A stretch of DNA of 58,902 nt from an uncultured Candidatus Peribacteria bacterium (GCA_964451705.1 CAYVIV010000003.1:1-58902), one strand, 5' to 3'. Numbered from the stretch's first letter, positions 37,031 to 45,868 are shown. Translations and numbers: made by a program. The notes: generated by a model from the letters alone, not told the origin.

Positions 37031-39336
37031 TGCAGCCAAAAGACTACCTAGGTATGAATCTTAGGAATTTAAAATATATCGACACTGATAACAAAAAGGC
37101 TATAGACTTTACTAATAGCAAACTTAAAACAAAGTTTTTTTTATCTGCAAGACAAATAAGAGTGCCAAGACTCCATAGGATAATCAAATCGCACAAAGAC
37201 CTGCAACGACTAGACTTCGCAAGTTTGCCTGGAAACACAGTTTTAAAGCCAAACAAGGGTTCACAAGGACGGGGGATTATTCCATTTAAAAAAAGACAAG
37301 GGACAATCTTTACCACAGTTAGCAATCGTGTTTATGATGATCAGTTTATAAGTAAACATATTTTAGATATTCTAGATGGCAAGTATTCCATGGGTTTCTT
37401 ACCTGATCTTGCATTCTTTGAGGAAAAAATTGAATCCCATAAAGACCTAAAAGACCTAGCGCCAATTGGGCTACCGGATATCAGAATAATCATTTATAAA
37501 GGCTTTCCTGTCTTAAGTATGCTGCGCCTGCCAACGGAAGAATCTAAAGGCAAGGCCAATCTAAATTCAGGCGCAATAGCAATGGGGCTTGATTTAATAA
37601 GTGGTAAAGTTATTAGTAGCTACCAAAATGGTAAACTCATAAAATCCAAATATATCAATTCATTCCAAGTACCGTATTATAAAGAGTCTCTAGAAATGGG
37701 GGTTAAAATAGCAGACATTACAAAGCTGAATTTTTTTGGCTGCGACATTGCAGTCTCAAAAAACGGTCCGGTCTTAATTGAACTCAATTCGAGGCCCGGT
37801 CTCAAGATTCAATTTGTCAATAATATTGGGCTTAAGAAAAGGTTAGAAAAAATTGATGATTTAAAATACAAAGGACAAAAACAGGCCATTAGTCTTGCAC
37901 ATCACCTATTTAGTAGTAGCAGTCTTGAAAAAAACACTCAAAATCCTAAAACAATCAATATAAATAACAAAGCAACAATTCTTTACAAAAACAAAAAAAT
38001 ACAAGCTCAAATATTAATTCGAACAGACAAAAATTCCACTTACCTATCAAAAGATATACAAGCAGAATTAAACATTAAGAAAGACTCAAAAATAAAAGTC
38101 AAAACAAATCAATTTTCAGAAATAATCAAACTTAAAACCCTAGACGATATCCCGCCACAAAGTATTGTATTGGGTAAAAAGATATTATCTGAATATAATG
38201 TCAGCTTTAACAATCCTAGTAAAAAAATTCAACTTCCAAAGGCGATTGCTAACAAACAAAATATATTTTACAAGCCACAAATTAACTATGGACAGGTGGA
38301 TTACCAAATCTATCAAATTTGTCAAAGTTTAAAGTTAGTCGAAAAACTCAAGCCCATAAACCTAAAACAGGAACTAAAAAAATTCGCAAAGGATCCGAGT
38401 TACAATCCTCAATTTAGGTATGATTCCTTCGACGAGTTTGTATATAACAAACAAAATGCCTTACTCAATATAAAATGTGATGACTCTGCTCTAGGACAAA
38501 TATATGAGGAGAAAAAAACTGAATTGTTCAATCTATTAAACATTATCCAGAATATTGGCAGTCCAGAAATATTGCACTATTTTTCAAAATATATTCCCGC
38601 TCCAAGCTATCATGAGTATAAATATGCAAAAAAACTAAGAGCATTAAGAACACCTATCAAATCCAAAAATTTAAACACAAAGGAAATCAAAAAAATAATT
38701 CAAAAGACACTTGATGAATACAAGCTAAATGATTGGAAAATTCAAGAGAAAAAAACAATGCTAGGAAAATTCAGTGTGAATAAGCAAGACAAAATCTTTA
38801 TTAAACAGGGTACTTCTGTAAGCGAGTTTAGACTCAAACAAATAATAGCGCACGAAATTATGACACACGTTTTCACCACAGAAAACGGCAAAAAACAACC
38901 ATACTTGCTATTTCAAGATGGCATGGCAAATTATATTCAAACACAAGAAGGTCTGGCAATTTATAATGAATATGCATTAGTAGGACAACAAGATAGATAT
39001 TTTTCCGCAGGCAATATGATTAGTTCATATATCAGCTTAGAAAAAAGTTTTAGCAGCGCGGTAGCTGAACTTATTAAAATTGGTTTTACAAAAACATCAG
39101 CTATAAAACATGTTCTTAAAACAAAAAGAGGTCTCAGCGACACCTCTAAACCAGGTGGCATTACTAAACAATGCATATATACTAGAGGTGCTTTAAAAGT
39201 AGAAAAATTTATTAAAAATGGAGGTGATATTAAAGATTTATATGTTGGAAAAATAGATATTGATAAACTAGAAGTACTTAAAAAACTTAAATGCCTCAAC
39301 AAAGCCAAACATATGCCAAAACAGTATTTATCTTAA
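37030..39336 (+). CDS. fusion protein: RimK-related ATP-grasp (alpha-L-glutamate-ligase-like) + degenerate retropepsin-like middle module + DUF1704/QEGLA (MATCAP-like) metallocarboxypeptidase domain
   Basis: N-terminal LGMNLRNLKYID...VLKPNKGSQGRGI...LPDIRIIIYKG...KANLNSGAI..GLD...VLIELNSRPGL reads as ATP-grasp. The middle region is at about 37950..38225. HEIMTH is at 38851..38868 and QEGLA at 38944..38958. No signal peptide or TM. The start overlaps the upstream stop (TAATG). Confidence 0.75.
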   Translation: MQPKDYLGMNLRNLKYIDTDNKKAIDFTNSKLKTKFFLSARQIRVPRLHRIIKSHKDLQRLDFASLPGNTVLKPNKGSQGRGIIPFKKRQGTIFTTVSNRVYDDQFISKHILDILDGKYSMGFLPDLAFFEEKIESHKDLKDLAPIGLPDIRIIIYKGFPVLSMLRLPTEESKGKANLNSGAIAMGLDLISGKVISSYQNGKLIKSKYINSFQVPYYKESLEMGVKIADITKLNFFGCDIAVSKNGPVLIELNSRPGLKIQFVNNIGLKKRLEKIDDLKYKGQKQAISLAHHLFSSSSLEKNTQNPKTININNKATILYKNKKIQAQILIRTDKNSTYLSKDIQAELNIKKDSKIKVKTNQFSEIIKLKTLDDIPPQSIVLGKKILSEYNVSFNNPSKKIQLPKAIANKQNIFYKPQINYGQVDYQIYQICQSLKLVEKLKPINLKQELKKFAKDPSYNPQFRYDSFDEFVYNKQNALLNIKCDDSALGQIYEEKKTELFNLLNIIQNIGSPEILHYFSKYIPAPSYHEYKYAKKLRALRTPIKSKNLNTKEIKKIIQKTLDEYKLNDWKIQEKKTMLGKFSVNKQDKIFIKQGTSVSEFRLKQIIAHEIMTHVFTTENGKKQPYLLFQDGMANYIQTQEGLAIYNEYALVGQQDRYFSAGNMISSYISLEKSFSSAVAELIKIGFTKTSAIKHVLKTKRGLSDTSKPGGITKQCIYTRGALKVEKFIKNGGDIKDLYVGKIDIDKLEVLKKLKCLNKAKHMPKQYLS

Positions 39337-40344
39337 AAACAGGCAGGCATCACCAAACGAGTAAAATAAATATTGCTTGAAAATAGCATGCTCATAAATC
39401 GCTAAAGCTTGTTTTGTCCCAACAAAAGCAGATATCAACATAAATAGGGAGCTTTTAGGTAAGTGAAAATTGGTCAGTAGGCCATCGACCACAAAGTCAT
39501 TAAAGGGAGGTTGTATGAAAATATCAGTCTCTGAGTTTCTAGCAATAAACTCTTCGGTAGCGAAATCATAACAGGACTGCAAAGTTCTTAAAGTAGTAGT
39601 CCCAACTGCTATAATTTTTTTAGACCTCTTCTTGTAATCATTTAATCTACTAGCAACCTGTGTTGTGAGTTCAAATGATTCAGAGTGTAATCTACCCGAA
39701 TCTAATTGCTGCCTTGTTAATGCCCCAAAAGTTCCTAGTCCAACATTTAGATTTAGGTATTCCAAGGCTACACCTTTAGTTTTTAAGTCAGCTAGTAGAG
39801 CTTCATCAAAATGTAATCCTGCTGTAGGCGCCGCTACACTACTACCATTGCAAGCGTATACAGTCTGGTAGTCACTTGCATATAACTCAGGGTTCTTAGT
39901 GTTGATATAAGGAGGTAAGGGTATTTGCCCTTTTGATTCTAATATTAAAGCTAAATCCGTATCTGCTTCCAGTTGGATTACAAAGTACTTATCGAGCAGA
40001 GATATTATCGAAAATTTAAAGTCAGGAGTCTCAATCCATTTGTCTTTCTTATACACAGAAGGTTTTTTCAAAAAAACTTTATATTGATTTTGACCTAGAT
40101 CCTCTAGAAAGAAGATCTCACAAAGCTTTTTCTGATAATGAAACAAATACCTAGCATTCACTACTCTAGTTTGATTAAATACCAAGACATAAGAGTCATC
40201 TAGTATCGATAAAATATCTCTAAAAATCAAATCTGCAATCTCATGATTGTTATAAAACAACAACTTACAATCCGTTCTATTCTTGTAAGGTTTTTGAGCA
40301 ATCAGTTTAGCAGGCAAATCAAAATCAAATTTTGATAAATCCAT
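39328..40344 (-). CDS. queA: S-adenosylmethionine:tRNA ribosyltransferase-isomerase
   Basis: FDFDLPAKLIAQKP, PLPPYI, AAPTAGLHF and AVGTTTLRTLQS. Confidence 0.9.
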   Translation of the reverse strand: MDLSKFDFDLPAKLIAQKPYKNRTDCKLLFYNNHEIADLIFRDILSILDDSYVLVFNQTRVVNARYLFHYQKKLCEIFFLEDLGQNQYKVFLKKPSVYKKDKWIETPDFKFSIISLLDKYFVIQLEADTDLALILESKGQIPLPPYINTKNPELYASDYQTVYACNGSSVAAPTAGLHFDEALLADLKTKGVALEYLNLNVGLGTFGALTRQQLDSGRLHSESFELTTQVASRLNDYKKRSKKIIAVGTTTLRTLQSCYDFATEEFIARNSETDIFIQPPFNDFVVDGLLTNFHLPKSSLFMLISAFVGTKQALAIYEHAIFKQYLFYSFGDACLFLR

Positions 40345-41477
40345 TATTTACCCCAGTTAGTAACGAGCATAGTTTGCTCTCTATCTGAATTAAAATCAAG
40401 GTCAGTTAAACGCATGCAGATAAGTGTCATATCATCATTTTGGACAGTATCTCCAACGAAGGTCACAACATCTTTAGAAATTGCTTCAAAGACCTTTAAA
40501 CTATCTCCTAAATGACCATATTTAGAAACACATGCAGTAAGTTGTTCTAAGCCAAAAAGCTCTTGTGATTCATTAATAGCCTCTGTAATACCATCTGAAT
40601 ATAAAACAACAATATCATTTGTTTTTAATTTAATTTCCTTTTCAGATACTATTTCTGTAATATCATCTGCCATAGCAAGAGCAATTCCACCAGTAGTGAT
40701 GACCTCTGTAACTCCTTCGTCTGCTCTATAGACTAAAATATGCTCGTGACCACAGCCAGTATAAAATATACGTTTAGATTTAGGTTCAAATCTAAAAAAA
40801 ACAGAAGTCATGAACATAGATGAGTTAACTCGTGGTTTTAACAGCTTATTTATAGACACTGCTAAATCGTGAGTAGTTTTGGCTTTTGGAAGCAAAACCT
40901 CGTAAAGTGTATTTGTAATCATCATCACCAAGCCTGCTGGAGCTCCATGACCCGTAACATCGCCTACGTACACAAAAAATTGATCGTTATGTGCAGTTAC
41001 TGCAAAGCTATCACCTCCAATTTCTTCGGCACTACGTGTTTTAGCCACTGTGTCCAAACCAGGAATTTTGGGAATGCTCTTAGGCAAGACACTCTGCTGT
41101 ATAGAAGAAGCTATCGATAGCTCTTCCGACATTCGAGACCCCTCCTTTAACATATAAGAAATCTTTTCTATATTTTTGGTAATATCATTAAAGAAAAATG
41201 CAATTAAGCCAAATTCATCCTTGGAAAAAATATTCAATCTTTCATAAGGTTTTGAGGCAATTAAAGCAGCAATTTCCTTAGTCACCCTGTCTAAAGGTTT
41301 AATAAACAGTCTAAATAAAGTTATATAGGTTAAAACAATTGCTAAAAACAAAAGGCCCAGCACTACATATTCACTTGCTTCTATCCAAAGCAAAGATAGG
41401 ATGAAAGGCAAAAAATATAATACAGAAAGTAAAATTATTTTCTTGAAAATTCGGTATCGACTCGTGCTATATAACAT
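40344..41477 (-). CDS. membrane-bound HAMP + PP2C/SpoIIE-family serine phosphatase (RsbU-like)
   Basis: Two N-terminal TM helices and a HAMP-like linker (FIKPLDRVTKEIAA...FNDITKNIE). SpoIIE motifs are IGGDSFAV, VGDVTGHGAPAGLVM, YSDGITEA and DDMTLICMR. Confidence 0.85.
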   Translation of the reverse strand: MLYSTSRYRIFKKIILLSVLYFLPFILSLLWIEASEYVVLGLLFLAIVLTYITLFRLFIKPLDRVTKEIAALIASKPYERLNIFSKDEFGLIAFFFNDITKNIEKISYMLKEGSRMSEELSIASSIQQSVLPKSIPKIPGLDTVAKTRSAEEIGGDSFAVTAHNDQFFVYVGDVTGHGAPAGLVMMITNTLYEVLLPKAKTTHDLAVSINKLLKPRVNSSMFMTSVFFRFEPKSKRIFYTGCGHEHILVYRADEGVTEVITTGGIALAMADDITEIVSEKEIKLKTNDIVVLYSDGITEAINESQELFGLEQLTACVSKYGHLGDSLKVFEAISKDVVTFVGDTVQNDDMTLICMRLTDLDFNSDREQTMLVTNWGK

Positions 41478-41840
41478 TTACTTGATTAAATTAGAAACTA
41501 CATCATCAACTGTAGTGTGGACTGGAATGATCTTAGTAAGGCCAACTGCCTCAAAAACATCGAGAACTTGCGGTTGTACCTGAGCAAAATATAAGTGTTT
41601 ATGTGCTTGCTTTAATGAATAGTAAAGTGACACTAAGAAACCAACACCTTCGGAGTTAGTAAAGTTAAAATATCTTAAATCAAATATTAAATGTTTCTCT
41701 TTTAGTTCTGCAGAATATCTAGTCAATACAGAGCGGACATCTTCTATATTAGTTTTATCGAGTTCTCCTTTAAATTCTAGGGTTACAAAGTCATCAGTCG
41801 CAATTTGTTTATCTATAACATTTAAATCTAGCTTTGCCAT
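41478..41840 (-). CDS. STAS-domain anti-sigma-factor-antagonist-like protein
   Basis: 120 aa. LIFDLRYFNFTNSEGVGFLVSL aligns with the SpoIIAA/RsbV D.s.v.f.DSsGlG segment, and the phosphorylatable Ser position is retained (NSEG). Confidence 0.8.
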   Translation of the reverse strand: MAKLDLNVIDKQIATDDFVTLEFKGELDKTNIEDVRSVLTRYSAELKEKHLIFDLRYFNFTNSEGVGFLVSLYYSLKQAHKHLYFAQVQPQVLDVFEAVGLTKIIPVHTTVDDVVSNLIK

Positions 41841-41872
41841 ATATTATTTTATATAGGCAAAGTATAACTAAA

Positions 41873-44203
41873 TTAATACTTTCTTAAAAGATCTAACACT
41901 GTAAAATATTCTTTACTGGCGCCCAAAAAGTTATATAACTCTGAAATTTGACTGCAAAGCAATTTATTGTGACTGTTGTTTGCCTCAGCAGATTCAAGCT
42001 CTGAGTAAAGCAAGTGCACCTCAAACTTTAAACGTTGGTCTATAAGATGTAACAACTTATCATCAGATAAATCTAAAACTAAACTTCTAATGAAAATCAG
42101 TTCCTTCTGAGAAAAACGTTCGTATAATAAAGATAAAAAGTGATTTGGTTTAGATTTTTTATATAGATACAACTGATAAAACAATCTTTCAATCACACTT
42201 TTTGTACTGTCATTAAATGCAACTAAAATATCATTTGACACAGATATATCTGAATTCTGGTTTAACATCGCAAATAAAAGTAAAAATCTCTTGTTTTGCA
42301 TACTTGCTTGTGACATAAAATCTACTAATTTGTTAGCACGCTTACAACAGTCAAACTGAGACAAGACCCTTAATATATAATAGTTTAATCTAGGAGTATC
42401 TTCATGAATTAAATCACAAAGTACATTCGCTAAACTTGGATCGTTAAAGGACAGTAGGACAGGGCATACAATATGAACATTTTCTTCATCTAAATACAAC
42501 TTAAGTAGTTGACCAATATCCAAATCTAAATTAATAGTTAAGTCTGATAATAAAATAAAAGACAAAAATTCGCCCCGTGTAATAGAATCAAGTTCTAATG
42601 CACTTAGGTTTTTATAAAGTTTTTGAATTGCCTTGTTTGTAAATGGTAAATCCGCAATTTCACTACTATATTTAAGTAAAATAGTATTTAAAGTCGGTAA
42701 AATATATTGAATATCTACAGACTCATTGTTAGCCAAATTAATTAAGTCCGGAACCAGTAGGTAGTCAGCTTGCCGGGAAATAATCTCAAAAACTTTTTTC
42801 AAGACAATAGGATCATTAAATCCTTTAGAATTAATTGCGTCCAATAAGTACCTAGCATTATCAGACGAGGGATTCTGTTCCAAAATAGATAAAGCGTTCA
42901 AAATCACTTTTGGATCCTCAGAAGTTTTCAAGTGCATTCTTGGTACAAAAGTATAAGAGCTATCAAATTTGGAAATAGAGTAAATAGATCCAATCAGAAC
43001 AAAAATAGATAAAATATTTAAGAGCGTAAAATTCACGAGATTAAAAGAAAAAAGCAAAAATACAGAAGTTAAGACCAAAGCTAGTGGGCGGACAAATCCC
43101 TCAAGGAATTCTAAAATTTTTGCTCGGGAACTATGTGAAAAAACATAAAATACACCATGGTAAGCATTAGTGTGTAAGACATTCGAGATTTCAAAATTAA
43201 ACTTATTAATCAAAACCAAGGCTAAACCCGGACTAAACAACATTAAAAATGTACTAGAAATCAGCACTAGAGGACACACCAACATCGATTTAATAACACC
43301 AGAAAACATTAATATTCTAGAAGCTAACAAGGCTTGAAATAAAAAAGTAAAAAAACCAAAAAATATGTGTAACATACCCAGGTCAAATGCTAAGTTAGAC
43401 GCATGTCCACTAACAGAATCAGAAAAATTAAAAACCTGAAAAATATATTGTACTTCCAAGAGTCCAAAGTAGGCGAATTGGAAAAATACAATTGCTGCAA
43501 TGGCCAACAATAATTTGCTTGAAAATAAATGACTTAAAGCAATCGTATCACTACTGTTACTATGAGTCTTATTAATCAACAAAGTTAAAGGATGCTTAAT
43601 AGAACTAGTAGTGAAGTATGATAAGACTGGCAAAATAAACAAAACAAAAAACGATAAAACTAAAAGTAGCGAATTTAAAGGTAAGTAAGCTGACACCACG
43701 GAGACAATAAAACCAGCAAATATTAAAGCAACAGTGTCTGCTGATTCTATTACAGGAAAAACCCGAGTAGATTGAGTTGGGGTAAACAAGCTCTCAACAA
43801 ATAACAATTTAGCGATCTTAATTTGGGATAAAAACAAAGAGACAATGAACAGTAAAGAAGTAATATAAACATAATTATTTACATCGAAACTGAAAAAGGC
43901 CAGCAAAGCAAATACCACAGTCGCAAATACAGAAAAAATAAGTAAAGAAATAGGCTTATAGCGATTAATAGGGACTCTATACAACAAATAGCCTAAAATA
44001 GAAGTTAAACCATGTGCTAAAAATAAAAATGCAATAGAGGCAATACCAAAATATCCAATAAATTCCACCACCAAAACAGTCCAGGCAATTACAAAAGCAG
44101 CACGAACAAAAAACGAAACAAGCCAGCATATAGTTACATCAAATATCTCAGCAGGATGTACATTTACGGCTTTCGTAATAAATTGTTTTAAAAAACCTAT
44201 CAT
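41873..44203 (-). CDS. large polytopic membrane protein (MFS / ATP:ADP-antiporter-like N-terminal half) with C-terminal alpha-helical repeat domain
   Basis: The first 400 aa contain about 11-12 hydrophobic helices. The N-terminus (V.P.E......W...F) loosely resembles TLC/AAA-family nucleotide transporters. The last 370 aa are L/N/D-rich, helical and HEAT-like. Weak assignment. Confidence 0.45.
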   Translation of the reverse strand: MIGFLKQFITKAVNVHPAEIFDVTICWLVSFFVRAAFVIAWTVLVVEFIGYFGIASIAFLFLAHGLTSILGYLLYRVPINRYKPISLLIFSVFATVVFALLAFFSFDVNNYVYITSLLFIVSLFLSQIKIAKLLFVESLFTPTQSTRVFPVIESADTVALIFAGFIVSVVSAYLPLNSLLLVLSFFVLFILPVLSYFTTSSIKHPLTLLINKTHSNSSDTIALSHLFSSKLLLAIAAIVFFQFAYFGLLEVQYIFQVFNFSDSVSGHASNLAFDLGMLHIFFGFFTFLFQALLASRILMFSGVIKSMLVCPLVLISSTFLMLFSPGLALVLINKFNFEISNVLHTNAYHGVFYVFSHSSRAKILEFLEGFVRPLALVLTSVFLLFSFNLVNFTLLNILSIFVLIGSIYSISKFDSSYTFVPRMHLKTSEDPKVILNALSILEQNPSSDNARYLLDAINSKGFNDPIVLKKVFEIISRQADYLLVPDLINLANNESVDIQYILPTLNTILLKYSSEIADLPFTNKAIQKLYKNLSALELDSITRGEFLSFILLSDLTINLDLDIGQLLKLYLDEENVHIVCPVLLSFNDPSLANVLCDLIHEDTPRLNYYILRVLSQFDCCKRANKLVDFMSQASMQNKRFLLLFAMLNQNSDISVSNDILVAFNDSTKSVIERLFYQLYLYKKSKPNHFLSLLYERFSQKELIFIRSLVLDLSDDKLLHLIDQRLKFEVHLLYSELESAEANNSHNKLLCSQISELYNFLGASKEYFTVLDLLRKY

Positions 44204-44265
44204 CTACATAATTAAATCCTTATATTATAGCAGAAAATAGGTTTAAAAGCTAGTAATTAATAGTA

Positions 44266-45033
44266 CTAGACACGTAAATTCACAAAGTTCTTCAGCTCCG
44301 CAGAGTTGTTCTTAAGGAAAGTAGCAACGTCTACACTTGGATCTATAACAAAGTCCTGGGTAGATAAAGCTAAACCTTTTCTAAACTTAGTCTCTTTTCC
44401 AGTTAAGATTTTATCCCAAATCTCCTTTGGTTTCCCAGATTTTTGCATTTCATCATTCCAAATAACATATTCCTTATCAATTAATTCCTGAGGTACATCC
44501 TGAGGGTTAAGTGTACTAGGGTTACTAGCAGTAACATGCATGGCAACTTGCTTGGCTAAGTCTGCAGTAGCGCCTTCTAGCTCTACAGCTGCACCGAGCT
44601 TATGGTTAGAGTGAACATAGACGCCAATTACATTACCCTGCACTAAAGTAGGGTTAGCTAAGACTAACTTTTCACCCATCTTTAAAGACAGGTCAGCAAC
44701 TTCCGCAGATAAATCTGCATCTATACCTCTTTCTAACAAAAGAGCAGCTAGTCCATTAGCAGCATCTATAAAATCTTGGTTTTTTGCCACAAAGTCTGTT
44801 TCACACAAAACTTTTACAAGTACAGTTTTATCTCCTGATTGTGAAAATGCAACCACCCCCTCGCTAGTAGAACGGTCCTGGCGACTTGCTGCTTTAGCTT
44901 CACCTTTTTTACGAAGTAATTCAAGAGCTTTATCTTGATCTCCGCCAGCTTCTTCTAAAGCCTTTTTACAAGCAGTAATAGATACACCTGTTTTATCTCG
45001 CAAAATTTTAATTTGGTCTAAAGAAATACTCAT
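44266..45033 (-). CDS. tsf: translation elongation factor Ts
   Basis: The N-terminal UBA-like segment IKILRDKTGVSITACKKALEEAGGDQDKALELLRKKG, then a dimerisation core; 255 aa. Confidence 0.9.
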   Translation of the reverse strand: MSISLDQIKILRDKTGVSITACKKALEEAGGDQDKALELLRKKGEAKAASRQDRSTSEGVVAFSQSGDKTVLVKVLCETDFVAKNQDFIDAANGLAALLLERGIDADLSAEVADLSLKMGEKLVLANPTLVQGNVIGVYVHSNHKLGAAVELEGATADLAKQVAMHVTASNPSTLNPQDVPQELIDKEYVIWNDEMQKSGKPKEIWDKILTGKETKFRKGLALSTQDFVIDPSVDVATFLKNNSAELKNFVNLRV

Positions 45034-45052
45034 ATAATTATAGTTTTAGGGA

Positions 45053-45733
45053 TTAAAGAACTTGCTCTACTTGGGCAAGAATATATTTTATTGATTTAAT
45101 AGCATCGTCATTTGCAGTAATAGGGTAGTCTATATTAGTTGGGTCTGTATTAGAATCAGCAAATGCTACAACTGGAATACCAAGTACATTTGCCTCTTTC
45201 ACAGCAATATTATCACGGACTGCATCTATCACAAAAATTGAATCTGGCAAGTCTGACATTTCTTGTACACCACCCAGAGCATTCTCTAACTTTGCAATTG
45301 TTTTATGAAATTTTGATATTTCCTTTTTCTTATATTTAGCCATCTCTCCTGACTCATCCATTTGCTTTAACTTCTTAAGTTCTCGAATTCGCAAAGAAAT
45401 AGTATTAAAATTAGTCAGCAAACCTGGTATCCATTTAGAGGTAACATATGGTTGTTTAGCTTTCTTAGCTAAAGCTTGGATAGCTGGTACCGATTGTTGC
45501 TTAGTTGAAACAAAAAGAGTAGTTTTACCTTGTTTCTTTTGTTCTGCTAAAAAATCCAAAGCTCTTTCTAAATCTTCTAGTGTTTTGTGCAAATCCAAAA
45601 TATGGACATTTGCTCTAATTCCCCAAATATTCGCTTTCATTTTAGGATTCCACTTGTTTGTAAAATGCCCAAAGTGAACTGCATTCACTAACATCTCTTT
45701 TAATGTAGCATTTTTATCTTTTATGTAAGTCAT
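45053..45733 (-). CDS. rpsB: 30S ribosomal protein S2
   Basis: LKEMLVNAVHFGHFTNKWNPKM..IWG.R..VHILDL.KT and FVIDAVRDNIAVKEANVLGIPVVAFADSNTDP. Confidence 0.95.
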   Translation of the reverse strand: MTYIKDKNATLKEMLVNAVHFGHFTNKWNPKMKANIWGIRANVHILDLHKTLEDLERALDFLAEQKKQGKTTLFVSTKQQSVPAIQALAKKAKQPYVTSKWIPGLLTNFNTISLRIRELKKLKQMDESGEMAKYKKKEISKFHKTIAKLENALGGVQEMSDLPDSIFVIDAVRDNIAVKEANVLGIPVVAFADSNTDPTNIDYPITANDDAIKSIKYILAQVEQVL

Positions 45734-45839
45734 ATTCCTTGTGGTTAACGCCCTAGATACTTCGAACCTAATTGAATACTCTTTTTATCGAGCAGGAATA
45801 ATTAGTAATATCTAAAACTAGTATTAATTAAACGCGGCT

Positions 45840-45868
45840 ATTATAGCTAGCAAGACACAAAAATGCAA
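45840..45868 (-). promoter_or_regulatory. near-consensus promoter for rpsB-tsf (TTGCAT-N17-TATAAT)
   Basis: On the reverse strand, TTGCAT is at 45868..45863, followed by a 17-nt spacer and TATAAT at 45845..45840. This predicts a ~100-nt 5' leader before the ATG at 45733. Confidence 0.5.

Noticed and set aside
33925-39336. Genomic island integrated at tRNA-Leu (tRNA followed by regulator, orphan ORF and the 7TM / ATP-grasp module)
   Set aside because: There is no integrase and no direct repeat of the tRNA 3' end near 39336. The far boundary is a 9-nt overlap with queA. Only a by-eye impression of higher A/K/N content supports the idea.
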